A stretch of DNA of 38,544 nt from positions 1 to 38,544 of the forward strand of contig JBHIAC010000014.1 of assembly GCA_046758365.1 (NCBI GenBank). Direction: 5' to 3'. The position numbers were made by a program, and so were the translations under genes. Shown piece by piece: positions 9,165-18,015 of the stretch (the stretch's first letter is position 1; every line of letters starts with the position of its first letter). The notes beneath the pieces are model-generated. The model was not told the DNA's origin. It did not search any database and saw only the letters and a list, made by a program, of their open reading frames with translations. This DNA is from a bacterium. GTDB taxonomy: Bacteria > Zhuqueibacterota > Zhuqueibacteria > Oceanimicrobiales > Oceanimicrobiaceae.

Positions 9165-10334
9165 CTATTCTTTGAGTGCATAAAGATACCCATCAAGGCC
9201 GCCTACATACACTATTCCATCAACGACCTCCGCTGAAGAGAACACACCGCCCGTAATATATCCCTCAACGGCCTCTGGAGTCATGCTCCATTTCTTTTTA
9301 CCGGTTTTTTGGTCCACAGCATAAAAACCTGCCTGCAAATCAACACCCTCAAAGTAATAAGGATAGGCACTAATTCCCCCAATATACACAACTCCTTTCG
9401 CAACCGCAGGGGTACTCCATGACCACCCGCCCGTTTTGAATTTCCATAGTACTTGCCCTGTTTCAGCATCAAGCGCCCAGAGTTTTAAAGCATCTGAACT
9501 GCCAATATACACAATACCGTCTTGAAAGACCGGCGATGATTCAACCCATGAGCCATCTTCATGCACGTGTGTCCACTTCTGTTCCCCCGTTTGAGCATCT
9601 AATGCGAAAACTTTGGCGCTTCGGCTTCCTACAATGATGTTTCCGGCACCAATGGCAGGAGAACTTTGAATAATGCCTCCGCAATCAAATCGCCAGACTT
9701 CTTTTCCAGTCTTAGCCATGACCGCATACACATGACCGTCCCAACTCCCAAAGTACACATTCTCATTATCCACCGCCGGAGTCGAACGAATCTTTTGATT
9801 CGTAGTAAAATGCCATTGTTCTTTTCCTGTTTTATAATCGAAGGCATATAACTTTCCATTTGCGCTACCAATATAGATGAGACCGTCGTGATATATAGGA
9901 GAAGAATGCAAATAGTCATACTCATAGGGCGGATCAATCGCAGGCAGTCTGCGCACAATCCCGGAACTACCAAAATCATATCTCCAACGTTCCTCTCCGG
10001 AGTCAAGGTCAAGAGCATAGAGGAATCCATCATCACTTGCGAAGACGATAATCTCATCAGTAATGTTGGCAGCCGAGCGTATCATACTGCCTGTCTTGAA
10101 TTGCCATTTGATTTGGCGCGTTGCTATATTGAACGCATAAAAATTTGTATCATCACAGCCAAAATATAAAATGCCGTTATCATGTTTCAACGGCGCCCAA
10201 AGTTGCCCCCCAAACTTATATTTCCAAAGAATGGCTCCGGCTTCGGGAGTCGTTTCAGTACATAATATAAAACTAAACAAAAATAGCAACATACTCAGCA
10301 TGCCCCCCATCTTGCCATAAGATTTTTTCATCAT
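9165..10334 (-). CDS. PQQ-binding-like (BamB-like) beta-propeller repeat protein, exported (cassette gene)
   Basis: Repeated S(S/T)P..dg.vy.GS.DG.lYAlD..TG...W units and an N-terminal hydrophobic signal. Confidence 0.9.
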   Translation of the reverse strand: MMKKSYGKMGGMLSMLLFLFSFILCTETTPEAGAILWKYKFGGQLWAPLKHDNGILYFGCDDTNFYAFNIATRQIKWQFKTGSMIRSAANITDEIIVFASDDGFLYALDLDSGEERWRYDFGSSGIVRRLPAIDPPYEYDYLHSSPIYHDGLIYIGSANGKLYAFDYKTGKEQWHFTTNQKIRSTPAVDNENVYFGSWDGHVYAVMAKTGKEVWRFDCGGIIQSSPAIGAGNIIVGSRSAKVFALDAQTGEQKWTHVHEDGSWVESSPVFQDGIVYIGSSDALKLWALDAETGQVLWKFKTGGWSWSTPAVAKGVVYIGGISAYPYYFEGVDLQAGFYAVDQKTGKKKWSMTPEAVEGYITGGVFSSAEVVDGIVYVGGLDGYLYALKE

Positions 10335-10353
10335 AAATTCTCCGTTCTGATAG

Positions 10354-10396
10354 ACATAACATTTAGGATTTTATACGTAGTTGAACCGTACGGTTT
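10354..10396 (-). mobile_element. First core site of the cassette array (attI-like site or half attC)
   Basis: Minus strand AACCGTACGGTT-CAACTACGTATAAAATCCTAAAT-GTTATGT, with the core ending about 20 nt before the ATG. The core GTTATGTC is complementary to this cassette's inverse core GGCATAAC. Confidence 0.5.
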
Positions 10397-10852
10397 AGTA
10401 CCAAGCCGCTTAAGAGCACTTTGCCTTTGTTTGACCTCGGTGTAGAGCTAAGGCACGCTCAATTTCAAGTAACCAGTAATATAGGATTCAAAAGCGTGTT
10501 TTCTTTTCACGCAATTAAGCCTCATAAAAATAGCCATTAGCTTTTAAAAAATGGGCTAATCGTGCAAATTTTGCAAGATAACGTTTTTTCTTCGAGATTA
10601 TCCTGCAGAATATTGAGTAAGAAATTTCACTTGTTTCTTGTATGGTGATTATTTTCTTTTGGAAATGCCTAAGCAGATAGAAAAGTCGTGATCAAATGAA
10701 TTGATAAGATTTCCTGAATTAGCCCCCGTACTATTTTTATTGAATTGGCATTCCCTTGTTAATATGTTTAATTATATGATAATTGTCAAGTGAAAAATTT
10801 TATTTGATAAGTCCTTAATTTAAAAATATTTTGCGAGCTTGGTTAATTATAA

Positions 10853-10881
10853 TGCAACATTTGTCGGATTGCGCTGTCTTA
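10853..10881 (+). promoter_or_regulatory. Putative ECF-dependent promoter TGCAAC-N17-GTCTTA
   Basis: Shares ATGCAACATT...TGTCTWAT with the promoter of the sigma gene at 6317-6345. Confidence 0.7.
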
Positions 10882-10939
10882 TGTAACAACAATCTTTTAA
10901 AAAAACAGCAAACATTTGAATTAAGAAAAGGAGTGAAGA

Positions 10940-11305
10940 ATGTCTGGTGAATTATTGGCCGCCGTCATTGTATCTATTGTATTCTTTTCAATCGTTACTA
11001 TTATAAAGATCATTGTAGATAACAGTGTGAGGCGTAAATTAATCGACAAAGATATGGTCAATGAGAGTGTCAAATATCTTTATGCTAATACATTTGCAAA
11101 TCAAGTCCCAGCGTCTTTGAAATGGGGCATGGTTTTAATTGCTGTTGGATTAGCCATTTTTATTGGTCAGTTTTTTCCTTATACATTCTCTGACGAAGCA
11201 ACCATAGGTGGTATGTTTATTTTAGCTGGACTGGCACTCATTCTTTATTATTTTATTGCTAGAAGAATGCTGAAAAAGTCTGAGGAAATGAGTTCGAAAA
11301 AATAA
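10940..11305 (+). CDS. DUF6249-like small membrane protein
   Basis: TM, then RRKLIDK, SLKWGMVLIAVGLA and two further TMs. RBS AAGGAG. Confidence 0.75.
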   Translation: MSGELLAAVIVSIVFFSIVTIIKIIVDNSVRRKLIDKDMVNESVKYLYANTFANQVPASLKWGMVLIAVGLAIFIGQFFPYTFSDEATIGGMFILAGLALILYYFIARRMLKKSEEMSSKK

Positions 11306-11315
11306 CAACGCCCCA

Positions 11316-11420
11316 TAGAGACGTGGACGGAAAGTATATTTTTAGAAAAAACTCGAACAAAAAAGCAATAACTTAGATGTTGTTAATTCTGCAAATTTGG
11401 TGTTTTCGTCCATGTCTCTA
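11316..11420. mobile_element. 105-bp MITE (family copy 2)
   Basis: TIRs TAGAGACGTGGACGGAA / TTTCGTCCATGTCTCTA. Confidence 0.8.
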
Positions 11421-11524
11421 TAGGCGTGGTAGAAAATTCCGTTTCTTGAAAAATAATGCTAAACTAAAAAAATAGCTTACATCCCGTTGAACCGTAAAAT
11501 AGGCCTTTTCCGACTACGCCTCTA
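11419..11524. mobile_element. 106-bp MITE (family copy 3), tandem with copy 2 and sharing a TA
   Basis: Ends TATAGGCGTGGTAGAAAA / TTTTCCGACTACGCCTCTA. The right end is near-identical to that at 6596-6613. Confidence 0.7.
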
Positions 11525-11575
11525 GAAGGGTAATTTACAAAAATTATTATACCGGCTACTCAGCTAAGCTCATTA

Positions 11576-11640
11576 GGTTTTCAAATTGGGAATTCGAAAT
11601 CCGAAATTTGTTTCGAATTTCAATATTCGTATTTATTTTT
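11576..11640. repeat. Heptamer-array element, single arm
   Basis: GAATTCG AAATCCG AAATTTGTTTCG AATTTCA ATATTCG TATTT. Confidence 0.55.
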
Positions 11641-11700
11641 CGATATAGTTGCTGAATATAAGGTGTAATCATTTTTACAAATTTATTAAACGATTTAAGT

Positions 11701-11732
11701 AAAGGTCGGGTCAATTTTTGATTCGACTTTTT
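11701..11732 (+). terminator. Probable intrinsic terminator
   Basis: AAAGGTCGGGTCAA-TTT-TTGATTCGACTTTTT hairpin with a U tract. Confidence 0.55.
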
Positions 11733-11775
11733 AATTTATAACAAAGGCCTGGTCTAAGTCTGCTCTAAAATGTTA

Positions 11776-11804
11776 TTGACAATGGTATGAAAAATTGCTA
11801 TTTT
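11776..11804 (+). promoter_or_regulatory. Sigma70-type promoter for porX
   Basis: TTGACA-N17-TATTTT. Confidence 0.65.
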
Positions 11805-11836
11805 AAAAAATGTAAATTAAATAGGAAGTTATAAAA

Positions 11837-13399
11837 ATGACAGTAACAAAAGGTAAAATTCTTTGGGTGGATGATGAAATAGAGTTGTTGCGTTCCCATA
11901 TTATTTTTTTAGAAGAGAGAGGGTATGAGATTACCCCTGTAACCAATGCTGAGGACGCCATCGCTTTGATAAAAAAAGAGAGTTTTGATGTGGTACTGCT
12001 GGACGAAATGCTGTACGGTATGGATGGCCTTACAGCATTAGGAGAAATGAAAGAAGCCTTTCCATCTCTGCCTGTGGTGATGGTGACTAAAAACGAAGAA
12101 GAAATTCTCATGGAGGATGCCATTGGAAGTAAAATCGATGATTATTTAACCAAACCTGTAAATCCAAGCCAAATTCTTTTGACTTGTAAAAAGATTTTAG
12201 AAAGTAAGAAAATTACTGGTGAACGTATATCAAGGGATTATATTTCAGAGGTTAATGAAATTTCTCAAAAGCTCTTGGGAGCTCTCACTTGGCAGGAGTG
12301 GATTAAAATTTATTCTAGACTTTGTGATTGGGAGATCGAAACGGACCAGTATAGAGATATGGGACTCAAGCAAACTTTAAAAGACCAGCAACGACAATGT
12401 AATGTTGAATTTGGGAAGTTTATTGAAAAAAATTATCCTAGATGGATAAGTAATAAAGAAGACGCACCAACTTTATCAACTGATTTGGTGAATAAGTATG
12501 TAGTGCCGCTTTTAAAAGAGAATAAAAATGTTGTATTATTGGTGATTGACAATCTCAGACTTGATCAATGGGTAACTATTGAGCTACTGTTATATCCATA
12601 TTTTAAGGTTTACCGAGATATTTATTTTTCGATTTTGCCCACAGCAACACCTTTCTCAAGAAACGCGATTTTTAGTGGTCTTTTTCCCAGTGAAATCGAG
12701 GAACGTTATCCTGAGATTTGGTCTCGGGGTTTGGAGGATGATCTAAGCCGAAATAGATACGAGCATCAATTATTAGATTACCAGTTGGAAGAATTAGGAT
12801 TGCAGTTAAAACCTGATACAAAATATGTAAAGATTTTAGATGTTAATGAGGCTCGAAACGTTGTACAAAAAATATCGTCCTATTCCAATATCCCATTAGT
12901 AGCTATTGTCGTTAATTTTGTAGATATTTTAGCTCACAGCCGAAGTGATTCCGAAGTTCTCAGGGAAATTACACCTGATGAAGCGGCTTATCGATCTTTA
13001 ACGAAATCTTGGTTTGAGCATTCTTACCTCTATAAAATATTGAAAGAGCTTTCTCAACGAGGGAGTACGGTGGTAATTACTTCCGACCATGGAAGTGTAC
13101 GTGGAATGCATGGCGCTAAAGTCATCGGTGATAGGGAAACTTCTACAAATCTTAGATATAAATATGGCAAGAGTCTCAAAGTTGACCCTAAGCATGCAAT
13201 TATTGTAAAAGACCCAACTACTTACAAACTTCCAAAGAGAGGCATTAACTCCAACTACCTGATTGCAAAAGAAGATTATTATTTTGTTTATCCTACGAAT
13301 TACCACCATTATTTGAATTATTATCGGGATAGTTTTCAGCACGGGGGTGTATCTATGGAAGAAATGATTTTGCCAATCGTGACCTTGCAGCCAAAATGA
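11837..13399 (+). CDS. porX: PorX-type response regulator (receiver plus PglZ/alkaline-phosphatase-like domain)
   Basis: ILWVDDEI receiver, plus ILPTATPFSRNAIFSG, TSDHG and FQHGGVSMEEM. Lies next to tsaE as in FCB genomes. Confidence 0.9.
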   Translation: MTVTKGKILWVDDEIELLRSHIIFLEERGYEITPVTNAEDAIALIKKESFDVVLLDEMLYGMDGLTALGEMKEAFPSLPVVMVTKNEEEILMEDAIGSKIDDYLTKPVNPSQILLTCKKILESKKITGERISRDYISEVNEISQKLLGALTWQEWIKIYSRLCDWEIETDQYRDMGLKQTLKDQQRQCNVEFGKFIEKNYPRWISNKEDAPTLSTDLVNKYVVPLLKENKNVVLLVIDNLRLDQWVTIELLLYPYFKVYRDIYFSILPTATPFSRNAIFSGLFPSEIEERYPEIWSRGLEDDLSRNRYEHQLLDYQLEELGLQLKPDTKYVKILDVNEARNVVQKISSYSNIPLVAIVVNFVDILAHSRSDSEVLREITPDEAAYRSLTKSWFEHSYLYKILKELSQRGSTVVITSDHGSVRGMHGAKVIGDRETSTNLRYKYGKSLKVDPKHAIIVKDPTTYKLPKRGINSNYLIAKEDYYFVYPTNYHHYLNYYRDSFQHGGVSMEEMILPIVTLQPK

Positions 13400-13507
13400 G
13401 GTTATGCCTGAGGACACAATTGCATTGCTTATAATACGTAATTTTGTTATATAAAGTAAAAATTGTTGTTTTTCAAAAAGCAAATTTGTTAAAAATGTCA
13501 TTCCCCA

Positions 13508-14035
13508 ATGTCCAACTTCATGCAAAACCGATTAAAGACAATCTTTCTGATGATATCATTTAAGAAAGAAGCGAAAAATGAATCTAAAACCAATAATTGG
13601 AGAACTGAAAAAAGGATTGTTTCTAATAGTCCAGAGGAAACAGAGCGCCTTGGTGAAGAATTTGCTTATTCTTTAAACCCCGGCGATGTTGTTGCATTAA
13701 TTGGTGAGCTTGGAAGTGGTAAAACTGTTTTTATTAAAGGGGTTTGCCGTGGGTTGAATGTTGAGGATGACATTACCAGTCCTACCTTTACTTTGATTCA
13801 TGAATATAACGGCCGAGTACCTGTTTACCATTTAGATTTTTATCGAATTAAAAAATCAGACGAGATTCGTGAGTTGGGCTATGATGAATATCTCCTCGAT
13901 GAGGGCATCTGCTTAATTGAATGGGCCGAGAGAAGTATTGAACATTTACCAGAGAAAAGATTTGAAATTTATTTTAAGAATTTTTTTAAAGAGGGGTTGG
14001 AAAATAGAAGAGAAATTCGAATTTGCAAATTATGA
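13508..14035 (+). CDS. tsaE: tRNA t6A biosynthesis ATPase TsaE (true start uncertain, possibly 13550)
   Basis: GELGSGKT, TSPTFTL, HLDFYRI and IEWAE motifs. Confidence 0.93.
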   Translation: MSNFMQNRLKTIFLMISFKKEAKNESKTNNWRTEKRIVSNSPEETERLGEEFAYSLNPGDVVALIGELGSGKTVFIKGVCRGLNVEDDITSPTFTLIHEYNGRVPVYHLDFYRIKKSDEIRELGYDEYLLDEGICLIEWAERSIEHLPEKRFEIYFKNFFKEGLENRREIRICKL

Positions 14036-14709
14036 AAATCCTGGCTGTTGAAACCGCTACAAATGTTTGTGGTGTTGCCTTATCAGATGATAATCACCTC
14101 ATAGCCGAATATCGTTTAAATCATAAAAATGTTCATAATGAAAAGTTAGTTTCGGCTATTCAGTGCCTGACAAAAGACGCGAAATGGGGTTTAGAGGAGT
14201 TAAATGGTATTGCCGTTTCCATCGGCCCGGGTTCCTTTACTGGATTAAGAATCGGAATTACTGTGTGTAAGGGTTTAGCTTATATATTAGAAATCCCATT
14301 GGTTGCTGTTAATACGTTGGACGCTTTGGCGTACCAAGCCCATCTTTGGTCGGGCCATATCTGCTCTGTGATTAAAGCTAGAGAAGGGGAAGTTTATTTT
14401 GCATTGTATAAAAAAAGTCCGGAGATGTTTCGGAGGTGTTCCGATTACCAAATTATTCTTACAAAAGAACTGAGTGATTTTATAAAAGAAAGAACGCTTA
14501 TCGTTTCTATTCCATATAAAGGATTGTCTACTTTGACAAATAATAAAGTTGAATTAGCTCCCCCTGAGACTTCAATGATAGCTCCATTTACTATAGCGCA
14601 ATTGGGATATATTAAATTTCAAAAAAAAGAATTGGAGGATTTGGAATCGCTAGAGCCATTTTATTTAAAGGAATTTGCTCCTGAACGAAAAGTCTATTAT
14701 GGAGTGTAA
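14032..14709 (+). CDS. tsaB: tRNA t6A biosynthesis protein TsaB
   Basis: ILAVETAT and GPGSFTGLRIG motifs. ATGA overlap with tsaE. Confidence 0.93.
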   Translation: MKILAVETATNVCGVALSDDNHLIAEYRLNHKNVHNEKLVSAIQCLTKDAKWGLEELNGIAVSIGPGSFTGLRIGITVCKGLAYILEIPLVAVNTLDALAYQAHLWSGHICSVIKAREGEVYFALYKKSPEMFRRCSDYQIILTKELSDFIKERTLIVSIPYKGLSTLTNNKVELAPPETSMIAPFTIAQLGYIKFQKKELEDLESLEPFYLKEFAPERKVYYGV

Positions 14710-15205
14710 TGATTTAACAGTTACTGCAAGACAAGCAACCAAGAGTAAAATTCCGAGTATTATTTTTCGTAAAATGCAGCTTCCGGATTTGGACAAAGTC
14801 TGTGAATTAGAGTCGAGGATTTTTAGTGACCCATGGTCTCGAAACAACTTTGTTCACGAAATTTTGGATAATCTGGATTCATTTCCTTTTGTGGTTGAAA
14901 AAGATAAAGAAGTCATTGGCTATGCCATTTATTGGTACATCGATAGTGAAGCCCATATTGCCAATTTTGCCATCGAGGAATGCTTTCGTAGAAAAAAAAT
15001 CGGTAAATTTCTTTTATGCAGATTAATTGAGGAAATGAAGCGTCAGAAGGTCCGAGTCGTTTATTTGGAGGTGCGGCGCTCTAATTTAGCGGCCCAAAAT
15101 TTATATTTAAAACATGGATTTAAAATTATCGGAGTACGAAAAAATTATTATTCAAAAGATAAAGAAGACGCACTCTTGATGAGTTTGCCTTTGAAGGAGG
15201 GATAG
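14699..15205 (+). CDS. rimI: Ribosomal protein S18 alanine N-acetyltransferase
   Basis: EAHIANFAI, LEVRRSN..AQNLY and RKNYY..EDALLM motifs. Confidence 0.9.
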   Translation: MECNDLTVTARQATKSKIPSIIFRKMQLPDLDKVCELESRIFSDPWSRNNFVHEILDNLDSFPFVVEKDKEVIGYAIYWYIDSEAHIANFAIEECFRRKKIGKFLLCRLIEEMKRQKVRVVYLEVRRSNLAAQNLYLKHGFKIIGVRKNYYSKDKEDALLMSLPLKEG

Positions 15206-15210
15206 CTGTT

Positions 15211-16161
15211 ATGGATTGGTTTAAACGAGCAAAGCGAAGTTTAAAGCCCCAAAAAAGAAAAGATATGCCCAATTTATGGGTTAAGTGTGAGGGGTGTGGA
15301 GAGATTATATATAAAAGAGAACTCGAACGGAATTTTCATGTTTGCAGTAAATGTCAGTTTCATTTCAGAATAAAAAGCTCAGATTATATCAATATTTTAT
15401 TAGATGACAACCGATTCGACGAATTCAACGCTAATATTACTTCTGTTGATTTCCTGAAATTCAAAGCCATGAAAAAATACTCCGATCAAATAAAGGATGC
15501 TGTAAAGAAGACAGGGATCAACGAGGCGGTTAGAACGGGTATTGGTACAATTTATGGTCATCCGGTGGTATTATGTATCATGGATTTTACTTTTATTGGT
15601 GGAAGTATGGGTTCAGTCGTTGGCGAAAAAGTTGCCCGTGCTATTGACGAATCATTGATGCGAAAATTACCATTAATTATAGTGTCGTCATCTGGTGGTG
15701 CTCGAATGATGGAAGGGGCGCTTTCCCTGATGCAAATGGCCAAAACCTCGGCGCGTCTTACTAAACTTTCCGATGCTGGAATCTTGTACATTTCAATTTT
15801 GACGGACCCAACCACCGGAGGGGTTACGGCCAGCTACGCTATGTTAGGAGATATTATTTTGGCTGAACCAGGCGCTTTAATAGGTTTTGCAGGCCCCAGA
15901 GTCATAAAGCAAACTATTGGTCAAGACCTACCAGATGGTTTCCAAAGGTCTGAGTTTCAACTTAAACATGGTTTTGTGGATGCCGTTGTTAGCCGAAATG
16001 AAATAAAAGAAAGAGTGAAAGAGATTTTAAACTTTGCTACTGACTACGCCTTTGATGAAGAGTCAAAAAATGGTGAATTAGATTCAGCTAAAGTTAAAGA
16101 TATTATGAAACAACCTGCTATTGCAGTGAAAAAAATTGAGGAAGAGCCCACTAAAAATTAA
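15211..16161 (+). CDS. accD: Acetyl-CoA carboxylase carboxyltransferase beta subunit
   Basis: Zn finger CEGC...CSKC, GGSMGSVVGEK, SGGARMMEG and PTTGGVTASYA. Confidence 0.97.
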   Translation: MDWFKRAKRSLKPQKRKDMPNLWVKCEGCGEIIYKRELERNFHVCSKCQFHFRIKSSDYINILLDDNRFDEFNANITSVDFLKFKAMKKYSDQIKDAVKKTGINEAVRTGIGTIYGHPVVLCIMDFTFIGGSMGSVVGEKVARAIDESLMRKLPLIIVSSSGGARMMEGALSLMQMAKTSARLTKLSDAGILYISILTDPTTGGVTASYAMLGDIILAEPGALIGFAGPRVIKQTIGQDLPDGFQRSEFQLKHGFVDAVVSRNEIKERVKEILNFATDYAFDEESKNGELDSAKVKDIMKQPAIAVKKIEEEPTKN

Positions 16162-16287
16162 AAAGCTAATTTAGATATAGGTGCAATAAAGTAGAAACTT
16201 AAATTTATTAAGATAGGCGAGTGTTTCAGTGGTACTAGTGGCAGTTAAAATCAACGTTAGGTTTCCTTTATTTCCATCTCTTTTTGT

Positions 16288-16316
16288 TTGCAAAAATCAA
16301 AATGGTTAGTTATTTT
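16288..16316 (+). promoter_or_regulatory. Sigma70-type promoter of the toxin-antitoxin operon
   Basis: TTGCAA-N17-TATTTT. Confidence 0.5.
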
Positions 16317-16334
16317 AATGATGAGGTCGTGAAT

Positions 16335-16583
16335 ATGACAATGAAAGCAATTGAAACAACAGGAACTATTGATGAGAAGCATCAGCTTATCCTTGATAAA
16401 CCAATACCTCTTGTTGGGAAAAGCAAAGTCCGTATCATCATTTTATTCCCTGAAGAAAGTGATATAGATGAAGGAGACTGGCTACGCTCAGCGTCTGCCA
16501 ATCCAGTTTTTGATTTTTTAAAAGAGCCTGAAGAAGATATTTATACTCATGCAGATGGGCAACCATTCCATGATAAAGGGTAA
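16335..16583 (+). CDS. Putative antitoxin
   Basis: Small protein with an acidic C-terminus (FDFLKEPEEDIY) overlapping the toxin gene. RBS GAGG. Confidence 0.7.
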   Translation: MTMKAIETTGTIDEKHQLILDKPIPLVGKSKVRIIILFPEESDIDEGDWLRSASANPVFDFLKEPEEDIYTHADGQPFHDKG

Positions 16584-16929
16584 AATAGTTTTAGTTCCAT
16601 TTCCTTTTAATGATCTATCATCAGTGAAATTACGTCCTGCGGCATGTTTAACTAATCCAATCAGTCCGCATCGTCATGTTGTTTTGGCTTTTATTACAAG
16701 CCAGACTCCAGACGATATATTGGAATCCGACATAGTTCTTAATTCATCTAGGGATGATTTTAACACAACAGGATTGCGAGTTTCTTCAACAATACGATTG
16801 CATCGCTTAATGACCGTTAGCGCTTCAATAATTGAGCGTGAATTGGGAGAGTTATCCCCTCAAATGCAGGTCGAAGTAAATAAGAAATTACGTAAGTTAT
16901 TTGAGTATAATTCAAACCCCAAAAAATAA
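16570..16929 (+). CDS. PemK/MazF-family endoribonuclease toxin
   Basis: KGKIVLVPFPFNDLSSVKLRPA and TGLRVSSTIRLHRLMTV. Confidence 0.88.
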   Translation: MIKGKIVLVPFPFNDLSSVKLRPAACLTNPISPHRHVVLAFITSQTPDDILESDIVLNSSRDDFNTTGLRVSSTIRLHRLMTVSASIIERELGELSPQMQVEVNKKLRKLFEYNSNPKK

Positions 16930-17702
16930 TGTGCGCAAAACATCTAAAAATTCTCTTAACCAATGACGACGGGATTAATGCGCCTGGATTAGCTGCTCTT
17001 TATCAACAGATGAAAGAAATCGGCGAAGTTATTGTAGTGGCACCAGAAAGTGAAAAAAGCGCGGTAGGTCACGCCATTACCCTTTCCGATCCCCTCCGAG
17101 TATGGAATTTTGAAAAGAACGGTGAAATCTTTGGCTATGCTGTCAATGGAACTCCAGCAGATTGCGTAAAAATTGCATACGGTGCCCTTTTGCAGCAGAA
17201 GCCGGACTTGGTAATTTCCGGAATTAATTTGGGAACAAATACGGGAATCAACGTCATCTATTCGGGGACGGTTTCTGCTGCCACAGAAGGAACCATTTTG
17301 GGAGTACCTTCATTTGCGATTTCATTGACCACTTATAAAAACCCTGATTTTACTTATGCTGCAAAATTTGCCCGGAATCTTTCGCAAGTGATATTAGAAA
17401 AAGGCTTGCCTAAAGGGACTTTCTTAAATGTAAATATTCCTCCCATTAAAGAGGCAGAAATAAAAGGAATTGTAATTACCCGCCAGGGGCGAGCAAATTA
17501 TAAAGAAAAATTCGATAAACGGGTTGATCCACAAAACCGTGTTTATTACTGGTTAACTGGGACTAAAGTTCAGCTTGAAGAGGATAGCGACGTAGACGAC
17601 CGAGCCATCTTGGAAAATAAAGTTTCCATTACACCCTTTCATTATGATTTGACCAATTATGATTTCATCGATGAATTAAAAACTTGGGGTATTAAATCCT
17701 AG
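16929..17702 (+). CDS. surE: 5'/3'-nucleotidase SurE
   Basis: ILLTNDDGINAPG, GTPADCV and YSGTVSAATEG motifs. Confidence 0.97.
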   Translation: MCAKHLKILLTNDDGINAPGLAALYQQMKEIGEVIVVAPESEKSAVGHAITLSDPLRVWNFEKNGEIFGYAVNGTPADCVKIAYGALLQQKPDLVISGINLGTNTGINVIYSGTVSAATEGTILGVPSFAISLTTYKNPDFTYAAKFARNLSQVILEKGLPKGTFLNVNIPPIKEAEIKGIVITRQGRANYKEKFDKRVDPQNRVYYWLTGTKVQLEEDSDVDDRAILENKVSITPFHYDLTNYDFIDELKTWGIKS

Positions 17703-17757
17703 CGCGGCGGAGCCACAAATTCGCGTTTCTAAATTCAATCACTAAATTAGAGTAGAT

Positions 17758-17945
17758 AAATACGAAATGCGAATATCGAAACTCGAAACAAATGCAAATG
17801 ACCAAAATTCAAAAAATGTTCTATATTAAGGTGTATTTATAATTTTTTGCTAAATCCGTCCGGAAGAAAAAAGCAACGTGGTTTTGGTATTTGGATTTAG
17901 AATTTTAATATTGTTTAGGATTTCGTATTTCGAAATTCGGATTTT
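17758..17945. repeat. Complete heptamer-array inverted element (two arms, long imperfect hairpin)
   Basis: Left AAATACG AAATGCG AATATCG AAACTCG AAACAA and right TTGTTT AGGATTT CGTATTT CGAAATT CGGATTT. Confidence 0.8.
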
Positions 17946-18015
17946 ATGTTTACTTACTAATTCAATTTTCATACAAAAAAACAAAAACTTGATTGTTAAT
18001 ACTATAAACGCTTAA

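Noticed and set aside
10400..10850. intI remnant
   Set aside because: No ORF or tyrosine-recombinase motif (e.g. HxxRHSFATH) is recognisable by eye on either strand.
16244..16929. Toxin-antitoxin pair as an integron cassette (GTTAGGT core at 16256-16262)
   Set aside because: No inverse core or attC follows the toxin, which abuts surE. A lone 7-mer is expected by chance.
17703..18015. Purine riboswitch ahead of guaA
   Set aside because: No purine-aptamer consensus is visible and the space is occupied by the heptamer element.
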